Part shown: positions 57,038 to 64,000 of the stretch, piece by piece
Layout: each line of letters begins with the position of its first letter
How positions within the stretch are numbered: the stretch's first letter is position 1
NCBI GenBank assembly: GCA_036149055.1
Contig: JAYZQJ010000088.1
Location: 14,680 to 78,679, forward strand
DNA length: 64,000 bases
Origin: Myxococcota bacterium
Lineage (GTDB): Bacteria; Myxococcota_A; Polyangia; Polyangiales; Sandaracinaceae
Direction of reading: 5' to 3'
The notes under the pieces: generated by a model
Database searches by the model: none
Seen by the model: the letters and a program-made list of their open reading frames with translations, nothing else
Told to the model about the DNA's origin: nothing
Translations under genes and position numbers: made by a program

Positions 57038-59692
57038 ATGGCGCGCGAGCGAGTGGTCCTGATCGATGGCAGCTCGATGATCTATCGAGCGTTCTTCGCC
57101 ATCCCGAGCAACTTCCAGACGTCGCACGGGCTGAAGACGAACGCGACGTACGGGTTCGCGCTGATGTTCCGGAAGATCCTCGCCGGGCGGAAGCCGACGA
57201 TGGGGGCGGTGGTCTTCGACGCGCCGGGCAAGACGTTCCGGGACGAGAAGTACCCGGAGTACAAGGCGCAGCGGCCGCGCATGCCGTCGGAGCTGTCCCA
57301 GCAGCTGCCGTGGATCGACCGGGTGGTGAAGGTCCACGACTTCCCCACCGTGAAGGTCGAGGGCTACGAGGCCGACGACGTGATCGGGACGCTGACCCGG
57401 GAGGCGCTCGCGGCCGGTCACGAGGTCCACATCATCAGCGCCGACAAGGACTTCGCCCAGCTCATCGGCGAGCACGTGCGCATGATCGACACGATGCGCG
57501 ACATCACCTACGACGCCGCGCTGGTGAAGAAGAAGTGGGGCGTGCCCCCGCACCAGATCGTCGACCTCCTCGCGATCATGGGCGACAAGGTCGACAACGT
57601 GCCCGGCGTCCCCGGCATCGGGCAGAAGGGCGCGGCCGGGCTGCTCGAGAAGTACGGCTCGCTCGCGGGCGTGCTCGAGCACGTCGAGGAGCTCAAGGGC
57701 CGACAGAAGAAGGCGCTCGAGGAGCACGCGGACGCGGCGAAGCTGAGCCGCGAGCTGGTGACCATCGATCAGCACGCCGAGCTGCCCCTGACGCTCGCCG
57801 AGCTCACCATCCCCGACGCCGACGCGGAGGCGGTGGACGCGCTCTACCGGGAGCTCGAGTTCTTCTCGCTGCTCGCCAAGGCGGACGAGGTCGAGACCGA
57901 GGACTCCGACTTCTCGGCCGTGACGAGCCAGGGCGCGCTCGAGAACCTGCTCGCCGGCCTGGGGGACGGTCCGGTCGCCTTCCACTGCGTGTGGGAGCCG
58001 CCCTCGTTCGTGCGCGGCGAGCTGATCGGGATCGCGCTGAGCCGCGCGCCGGACCGCGGGCGCTTCGTGCCGCTCTTCGAAGGCGACGGCGCGCTCGGCG
58101 GCGACGCGCTGGGGCTCCTGAAGCGGTGGCTCGAGGACCCCGCGGCGCCGAAGGTCGCGCACGACGTCCGGGACCAGCGGAGCCTCTTGCTGAAATACGG
58201 GATCGCGCTCGACGGCGTGGTGGGCGATACGCAGCTCGCCTCGTTCCTGATCGACCCGGAGAAGCTCATCCCCCACCCGCTCGAGCAGGTCGCGCGCGGG
58301 TACCTCCACCGGTCCCTCGCGATGGAGAAGACCATCCTCGGGAGCGGCAAGAAGCAGAAGCGCTTCCGCGACGTGAAGCTCGCGGACCTGGCGCCGTGGG
58401 CCTGTCACCTCGCGGCGGCGGTGCAGGAGATGTGGCCGAAGCTGGAGGCGCGCCTCGAGGAGGAGGGGCAGACGAAGAACCTCCGCGCGCTGTCGCTGCC
58501 GATGAGCGAGCTGCTCTCGCGCATGCAGCGGGACGGGATCCGGGCCGACGCCGACGTGCTGACGAAGCTCGGCGAGGAGTTCGAGACGCGCAAGGCCGAG
58601 GTCGAGCGGCGCATCTACGAGCTCGCCGGCAAGGAGTTCAACATCGCCTCGACCAAGCAGCTCGCCGAGGTGCTCTTCGAGGACCTCGGGCTGCCGGTCA
58701 TCAAGCGCACCAAGACCGGCTACTCGACCGCGGCGGACGTGCTGGAGCGGCTCGCGCAGGAGCACGAGATCTGTCAGCTCATCCTGCGCCAGCGCGCGCT
58801 CGCGAAGCTCATCAACACCTACACGCGGGTGCTCTTCGAGGCGATCGAGCCGGAGACGGGGCGCATCCACTGCACCATGCAGCAGACGACCGGGGTGTCG
58901 GGGCGCCTGATCACCACCGACCCCGATCTGCAGCGCACGCCGATCCGCACCGACGACGGCAAGCGCATCCGCGAGGCCTTCATCCCGCGCGACGGCTGGG
59001 TGCTCATCAGCGCGGACTGGAGCCAGATCGAGCTCCGCGTGCTGGCGCACTTCAGCCAGGACCCGCTGCTGCTCGAGAGCTTCACCGAGAACGTCGACAT
59101 CCACCGCCGCACCGCGAGCCAGCTCTTCGAGGTCCCGCCCGAGGAGGTGAGCGCGTTCCAGCGCAACGTCGGCAAGACGGTGAACTTCGCGACCATCTAC
59201 GGGCAGGGCGCCACCGCGCTCGGCCAGCAGCTCGGCATCCCGCGCAAGGAGGCCAAGGGCTACATCGACCGCTACTTCGAGCGCTACGCGAAGGTCCGCG
59301 CCTGGCTCGACCGCACCATCGCCGACGCGCACGTGAGCGGCTACGTCGAGACCCTGCTGGGGCGGCGGCGCTACATCCCGCAGCTCAGCAGCAACAACTT
59401 CACCGACCGCGCGTACGGCGAGCGCATCGCGGCCAACACGCCGATCCAGGGCTCCGCCGCGGATCTCTGCAAGATCGCGATGCTCGAGATCGACCGCCGC
59501 TTCCGCGAGGAGGAGCTCGAGGCGGTGATGATGCTCCAGATCCACGACGAGCTGCTCTTCGAGTGCCCACCGGCCGAGCTCGACGCGGTGAAGGCGATCG
59601 TGAAGGACCGCATGGAGCACGCGACCGAGCTGACCGTGCCGCTCGTCGTCGACATCGGCCACGGCGCGAGCTGGGCCGAAGCCAAGGAGTAG
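57038..59692 (+). CDS. polA: DNA polymerase I
   Basis: LIDGSS..YRAFFA, YEADDVIGT, GDKVDNVPGVPGIG; motif A DWSQIELR, motif B K.VNF..IYG, motif C QIHDELLFE. Confidence 0.98.
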   Translation: MARERVVLIDGSSMIYRAFFAIPSNFQTSHGLKTNATYGFALMFRKILAGRKPTMGAVVFDAPGKTFRDEKYPEYKAQRPRMPSELSQQLPWIDRVVKVHDFPTVKVEGYEADDVIGTLTREALAAGHEVHIISADKDFAQLIGEHVRMIDTMRDITYDAALVKKKWGVPPHQIVDLLAIMGDKVDNVPGVPGIGQKGAAGLLEKYGSLAGVLEHVEELKGRQKKALEEHADAAKLSRELVTIDQHAELPLTLAELTIPDADAEAVDALYRELEFFSLLAKADEVETEDSDFSAVTSQGALENLLAGLGDGPVAFHCVWEPPSFVRGELIGIALSRAPDRGRFVPLFEGDGALGGDALGLLKRWLEDPAAPKVAHDVRDQRSLLLKYGIALDGVVGDTQLASFLIDPEKLIPHPLEQVARGYLHRSLAMEKTILGSGKKQKRFRDVKLADLAPWACHLAAAVQEMWPKLEARLEEEGQTKNLRALSLPMSELLSRMQRDGIRADADVLTKLGEEFETRKAEVERRIYELAGKEFNIASTKQLAEVLFEDLGLPVIKRTKTGYSTAADVLERLAQEHEICQLILRQRALAKLINTYTRVLFEAIEPETGRIHCTMQQTTGVSGRLITTDPDLQRTPIRTDDGKRIREAFIPRDGWVLISADWSQIELRVLAHFSQDPLLLESFTENVDIHRRTASQLFEVPPEEVSAFQRNVGKTVNFATIYGQGATALGQQLGIPRKEAKGYIDRYFERYAKVRAWLDRTIADAHVSGYVETLLGRRRYIPQLSSNNFTDRAYGERIAANTPIQGSAADLCKIAMLEIDRRFREEELEAVMMLQIHDELLFECPPAELDAVKAIVKDRMEHATELTVPLVVDIGHGASWAEAKE

Positions 59693-59695
59693 GGC

Positions 59696-61297
59696 TCAGA
59701 TACAGCGGCCCATCTCGCATCGCTCCCCCGCGGCGCAAGCACGGAAGCAGGTGCCGCAGTGCGACGGGTTTCTCGCGCGGTCCACGCACTCGGTGCCGCA
59801 CGCCGTGATCCAGGGGTGCACGGGGCTGCACCGGCAGCGCCCGCTGTAGCACCCGAGCGAGCCTGCGCACGCGTTGTCGCACGTCCCGCAGTGCGTGGAG
59901 CTCCGGCGCGTGTCGACGCAGGTGCCGCCGCAGACGCTCTCGCCGGGCGCGCAGGTGCAGGCGCCTCCCGAGCACGACGCGCCTCCGGGGCAGACGGTCC
60001 CGCACGCGCCGCAGTGGCTCGGGTCCGTCGACAGGTCGCGACACACGCCGTCGCACGAGGTCTGGCCGGCCGGGCAGACACCGCAGGTCCCGCCCCAGCA
60101 CCGCTCCCCGGGCGCGCACGCGACGCCGCAAGCGCCGCAGTGGTCGACGCTCGAAGAGAGGCTGACGCACGCGCCGCCGCACCGGACCTGACCCGCCGGG
60201 CAGTCGCTGCACACGCCGGCCTCGCAGGCGTGCCCGGCTGGACACGCCGCTCCACAGGCGCCGCAGTGCCGCGCGTCGCGGTCGACGTCTGCGCACGCGC
60301 CTGCGCAGACGATCTGGCCGGGGGGGCACGCACACGCCCCGGACGCGCAGGTCTGACCGGAGGCGCAGGCGTTGCCGCAGGCCCCGCAGTGGCGCGGGTT
60401 GGCCTCCACCTCGGTGCAGCGCCCGTCGCACGCGAGCTCGCCGGGCGCGCACGTGCAGGAGCCGTCGACGCAGTCGCGTCCGCCGGTGCAGAACGCGCCG
60501 CAGGCCCCGCAGTGGCGGCTGTCCCGCGTGAGGTCGAAGCAGGCGCCCCCGCACGACGTCTCGGTCGCCGTGCGGCACCGGCAGGCGCCCCGCACGCAGA
60601 CCTCCGCCGGGTCGCAGCGAGTCCCGCAGGCGCCGCAGTGGCGCGTCGACGTGGCGGTGTCGACGCACTCCCCGTCGCACACGACCCGGTCGTCGGGGCA
60701 CGCGCACGCGCCGTCCACGCAGTCGACGCCGAAGGGGCACGCGTCGCCGCAGCCGCCGCAGTGCGACGGATCGTCGTCGAAGGAGACGCAGCGGCCGTGG
60801 CAGAGCGCCCCGCCGCCCGGGCACGCGCACGCGCCGCGATCGCAGCGCTCCGGGCCGCCGCAGATCTCGCCGCACGCGCCGCAGTTCCGGGCGTCCGTCT
60901 CGAGATCCACGCACGCGCCGTCGCAGCGCGCGCCGCCCGCGGGGCAGGCGCACGCGCCGTCTTCGCAGACCGCGCCGTCCGGACAGGCCTCGCCGCACGC
61001 GCCGCAGTGGTCGGGGTCCGACGCGAGGTCCACGCACGCGCCGTCGCAGACCTCGTCCGCGGGGCAGGCGCAGACGCCGTCGACGCAGGCGAAGCCCTCG
61101 CCGCACGCGGTCCCGCAGCCGCCGCACGCGCGGTCGTCGGACCGCGGGTCGACGCAGCGATCCTCGCAGAGGAGCTCGCCGGGCCCGCAGCGCGAACAGC
61201 CTGCGTCGCAGCCCTCCGCGTCGCGAGCGTCGGAGTGCGAGCTCGAGCACCCGAGCGCGGCGAGAAACATCAGCGCGAGCGCTCGTGCAAGCTTCAT
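59696..61297 (-). CDS. Cys-rich repeat lipoprotein (STIG1/MXAN_6577-like repeats)
   Basis: Lipobox ALGC; more than ten repeats of C.G.CVD...D..HCGACG..C.....C..G.C. Confidence 0.88.
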   Translation of the reverse strand: MKLARALALMFLAALGCSSSHSDARDAEGCDAGCSRCGPGELLCEDRCVDPRSDDRACGGCGTACGEGFACVDGVCACPADEVCDGACVDLASDPDHCGACGEACPDGAVCEDGACACPAGGARCDGACVDLETDARNCGACGEICGGPERCDRGACACPGGGALCHGRCVSFDDDPSHCGGCGDACPFGVDCVDGACACPDDRVVCDGECVDTATSTRHCGACGTRCDPAEVCVRGACRCRTATETSCGGACFDLTRDSRHCGACGAFCTGGRDCVDGSCTCAPGELACDGRCTEVEANPRHCGACGNACASGQTCASGACACPPGQIVCAGACADVDRDARHCGACGAACPAGHACEAGVCSDCPAGQVRCGGACVSLSSSVDHCGACGVACAPGERCWGGTCGVCPAGQTSCDGVCRDLSTDPSHCGACGTVCPGGASCSGGACTCAPGESVCGGTCVDTRRSSTHCGTCDNACAGSLGCYSGRCRCSPVHPWITACGTECVDRARNPSHCGTCFRACAAGERCEMGRCI

Positions 61298-61431
61298 GGC
61301 GACAGGGTACCGCGCGCGCCCGGAGCGCCGGGAGGCCGGTCGGGGCTCGCGGATCATTTTCCGTTCAACCGCGCCTCCAGCACGACCTCGGACGCGTCGC
61401 GCGGGGGGAAGAGGCGCGCTAAGCCGGAGGC

Positions 61432-63090
61432 ATGGGTCGACGCCAGGTCACCGACGCGCTCGAGCGGCTCGCCTTCGCGGCCGAGCTGCTGGACGATCCG
61501 AGGGCGCAGAGCTGGGGCCGCGCCTCGTGGAGCGTTCGCAACCTCGAGGGCGACGTGGCGGAGATGCGCGCGAGCGGGGCGCTCGCCAAGCAGCGCGGCG
61601 TCGGTCAGGGAGTGCTCGCGGTGGTCGACGAGGTGCTCGCGGGCAAGAAGCCGGCGGCGCTCGTGGAGATGGAGGCGAAGCTGCCCGCGGGGCTCTTCGC
61701 GGTGCGTCGGGTCAAGGGCCTCGGGCCCAAGAAGGTGAAGCAGCTCTGGCGAGAGCTCTCGATCACGAGCCTCGGCGAGCTGGAGTACGCCTGCCGCGAG
61801 AACCGCCTCGTCGACCTGAAGGGCTTCGGGCGCAAGACCCAGGAGAAGGTGCTCGCCCAGATCGAGGCCATCCGCGAGACCGAGGGGCTCCTCCGCCGCG
61901 ACCAGGCGGAGGCGGTCCTGGCGCCCGTGCTCGACGCGCTCGAGGAGGCCTTCCCGCAGGTCGCGCCCGCCGGGGAGCTGCGGCGGGGCATGGAGCTGGT
62001 GAGCGCCCTCGTCGTGCTCGTCGAGGGGGACGACGCCGAGGCGGCGCAGGCGCTCGCCGACGCCGCGCGCCCGCCCGAGGTCCCGGTCGCCGTGGAGGTC
62101 GCCGAGCCCGACACCTTCGGCGCGCGCCTGGTGTGGCTCAGCAGCGCCGACGCCCATCGGGCCGCCCTCGCGCTGCGCGCCGAGGCGCGGGGGCTGACCT
62201 TCGACGCCCGCGGCCTCCTCCAGGACGGCGAGCCGCTCGGCACGCCGGAGGAGGACGACGTCTATCGGGCGCTGGGGCTGGTGCCGACCGCGGCCGAGCG
62301 CCGCGAGGAGGGCGTGCCGCTGGTCGAGCAGGGAAGGGCGGCGCCGTCGCTCGTCACCCGCGACGACCTGCGCGGCGCGCTCCACAACCACACGACCGCC
62401 TCGGACGGCAGCCACTCCCTCGAGGAGATGCGGGCGGCCGCGGCCGAGCGCGGCCTGGAGTACCTGCACATCAGCGAGCACAGCCACTCGGCGTTCTACG
62501 CGCGCGGCCTCGACGCGGAGCGCCTGATGGAGCAGCTCCGCGCGATCGAGGCGCTCAACCGCGACCCGGGCGGCTGCGTGCTGCTGACGGGCGTGGAGAG
62601 CGACATCCTGCAGGAGGGTGAGCTCGACTACGGCGACGACGTGCTCTCTCGCCTCGACGTCGTGATCGCGTCGGTGCACCGGCGCCACTCCCAGGACGCG
62701 GCGCAGATGACGGCGCGCATGGTCGCGGCGGCGCGCCACCCGATGACCGACGTGGTCGGCCACCCGACGGGTCGACTGCTGCTCGGTCGAGCGCCGAGCG
62801 AGTACGACGTCGGCGCGTTCCTCGACGCCTGCGCGGCGGCGGGCTGCGCGGTGGAGCTGAACGCGAACCCGCACCGCCTCGACCTGAACGAGGTCCACCT
62901 GGCGATGGCCAAGGAGCGCGGCGTGCTCGTGTCGATCGCGGCCGACGCGCACTCCACTCGCGAGCTCGACAACCTCGATCACGGGGTCACGATCGCGCGC
63001 CGCGCCGGGCTGACGGCCGAGGACGTGCTCAACGCGCGCGGCCCCGACGAGCTGCGCGCCTGGGTGAGCGCCCGTCGATCGTCGAAATAG
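61432..63090 (+). CDS. polX: Family X DNA polymerase-PHP protein (non-canonical polymerase site)
   Basis: HhH GVGQG, GLGPKK, GFGRKT; GELRR; PHP motifs HNHT..SDG, EHSH, GVESDI, SVH, GHPTGR, ELNANP.RLD, DAH. Confidence 0.9.
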   Translation: MGRRQVTDALERLAFAAELLDDPRAQSWGRASWSVRNLEGDVAEMRASGALAKQRGVGQGVLAVVDEVLAGKKPAALVEMEAKLPAGLFAVRRVKGLGPKKVKQLWRELSITSLGELEYACRENRLVDLKGFGRKTQEKVLAQIEAIRETEGLLRRDQAEAVLAPVLDALEEAFPQVAPAGELRRGMELVSALVVLVEGDDAEAAQALADAARPPEVPVAVEVAEPDTFGARLVWLSSADAHRAALALRAEARGLTFDARGLLQDGEPLGTPEEDDVYRALGLVPTAAERREEGVPLVEQGRAAPSLVTRDDLRGALHNHTTASDGSHSLEEMRAAAAERGLEYLHISEHSHSAFYARGLDAERLMEQLRAIEALNRDPGGCVLLTGVESDILQEGELDYGDDVLSRLDVVIASVHRRHSQDAAQMTARMVAAARHPMTDVVGHPTGRLLLGRAPSEYDVGAFLDACAAAGCAVELNANPHRLDLNEVHLAMAKERGVLVSIAADAHSTRELDNLDHGVTIARRAGLTAEDVLNARGPDELRAWVSARRSSK

Positions 63091-63167
63091 TCGGTCTGCG
63101 CTCCCCGTATGGAGGTTGCGCGCGCCACGGAGGCGCGGCACTCCAGTACGGAAGGGGAACCTCAGCG

Positions 63168-63620
63168 TTGAACCAGCACACTCCACCTCAGGGGGGCTGG
63201 GGCCAGCAGCCGCCCGTCTCGGGCCACGGCCCCACCCAGCCGCTCCAGGCGAGCTCGCTCGCGCCCCAGGCGGCCGAGCCGTCTCAGGACGATCGCGTCC
63301 TCGCCGCGGTCGCGCACGGCGCCACGTTCGTGGAGGGCGGCCTCATCGGCCCGCTCATCATCTACGTGCTCAAGAAGGACGAGAGCGACTTCATCGCCTT
63401 CCACGCGCTGCAGTCGCTCTACTTCGGCCTCGCGTTCCTGGCGGCCACGCTCCTGACCTGCGGCTTCGGCGCGATCATCCTCGTCTGGCCCTACCTGATC
63501 TTCGAGGTCATCGCGACGATCCGCGCCTACGAGGGTCAGTGGTACGAGCTGCCGCTGGTGGGAAAGTACGCTCGCGAGAAGCACCCCGGCCCCATGGGCC
63601 CGCCCCCCGCGCAGTTCTGA
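63168..63620 (+). CDS. DUF4870 membrane protein
   Basis: DDRVLAAVAH, GPLIIYVLKKDES.F..FHALQS, IRAYEG..YELP; TTG start uncertain. Confidence 0.85.
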   Translation: MNQHTPPQGGWGQQPPVSGHGPTQPLQASSLAPQAAEPSQDDRVLAAVAHGATFVEGGLIGPLIIYVLKKDESDFIAFHALQSLYFGLAFLAATLLTCGFGAIILVWPYLIFEVIATIRAYEGQWYELPLVGKYAREKHPGPMGPPPAQF

Positions 63621-63865
63621 GTTTTCTGGAGGGTTTGGTGCAAACCCTCCCCCCATTGGGCAACGCGCCAATGGGGCCCCCCTCCCGACTCCGTCGGGGC
63701 CTCGCGCGCTTCGCGCGCTGGCCCCGCGACCCCAGCGACGGGGCGCTGGGGGCCCTGCGGCTCGCGCTCGCGCTGCGCGCTCGCTGGCCGCCCGCTGTCG
63801 CGGGATCGAACACACGGGGTGGTGCGTGCGGCGACCTCGCTGCGCTCGTCGCCTGCCGTCGTCTC
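63621..63865 (+). repeat. Structured multi-hairpin dispersed element, copy 2
   Basis: GGAGGGTTTG-GTG-CAAACCCTCC hairpin and 3' segment homologous to 53637-53741. Confidence 0.75.
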
Positions 63866-63931
63866 GCGTCAGTCGTCGCGGTAGCGGGCTTGGGCTTCCC
63901 CCGCGCCATCGTTTGCCCCCTCTCGAGTTTC

Positions 63932-64000
63932 GGGGGGGGGGGGGGGGGGGGGGGCGCCGGGCGCCGGGGGGGGGGGGGGCGGGGCCGGGGGGGCGCGCGC
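63932..64000. other. Poly-G low-complexity tail, probable sequencing/assembly artefact
   Basis: Run of more than 20 G plus further G tracts at the window end. Confidence 0.7.

Noticed and set aside
56963..59662. N-terminal ~900 aa of the 1488-aa minus-strand ORF
   Set aside because: It is the antisense shadow of polA; the real gene starts at ATG 56962 with the GHKL domain.
59759..62621. Plus-strand ORFs with PQAPQW/THAPSQ repeats
   Set aside because: They are antisense translations of the Cys-rich repeat lipoprotein.
63932..64000. G-quadruplex or regulatory poly-G tract
   Set aside because: Long G runs at a sequence end are typical of sequencing or assembly artefacts and cannot be trusted without reads.

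Overview
This is a very GC-rich, gene-dense bacterial chromosomal segment. It is most likely from a myxobacterium (Polyangiales/Sandaracinaceae-like), inferred from Hanks-type kinases with PEGA-like tails, MYXO-CTERM-like C-termini, many Cys-rich lipoproteins and Uma2 and DUF2330 genes. About 57 protein genes and two tRNAs (Pro-TGG, Arg-TCT) are supported. Recognisable genes are rph-rdgB, GST, ADP-ribosylglycohydrolase, Coq4-like, PlsC-like, RRM protein, YafY/WYL regulator, MutS-like ATPase, K+ channel, eukaryotic-type AdoMetDC, nei, ligase-less Pnkp, RlmK-like methyltransferase, thpR, FHA-EAL, Hsp90-like ATPase, polA and polX. No CRISPR array, integrase or transposase is visible. The most notable unexplained signals are: (1) a candidate sigma54-driven small RNA between pnkp and nei, with a 20-bp closing stem and a UCC-rich loop; (2) a translationally coupled operon encoding an exported atypical-kinase-fold lipoprotein, an Omp85-like beta-barrel and a purple-acid-phosphatase lipoprotein; (3) a voltage-sensor/RCK K+ channel coupled to a eukaryotic-type AdoMetDC; (4) several non-coding repeat families, including a structured ~250-290 nt element with covarying stems; (5) repeated leaderless-promoter geometry. 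All family calls come from motifs recognised by eye; no database searches were run.
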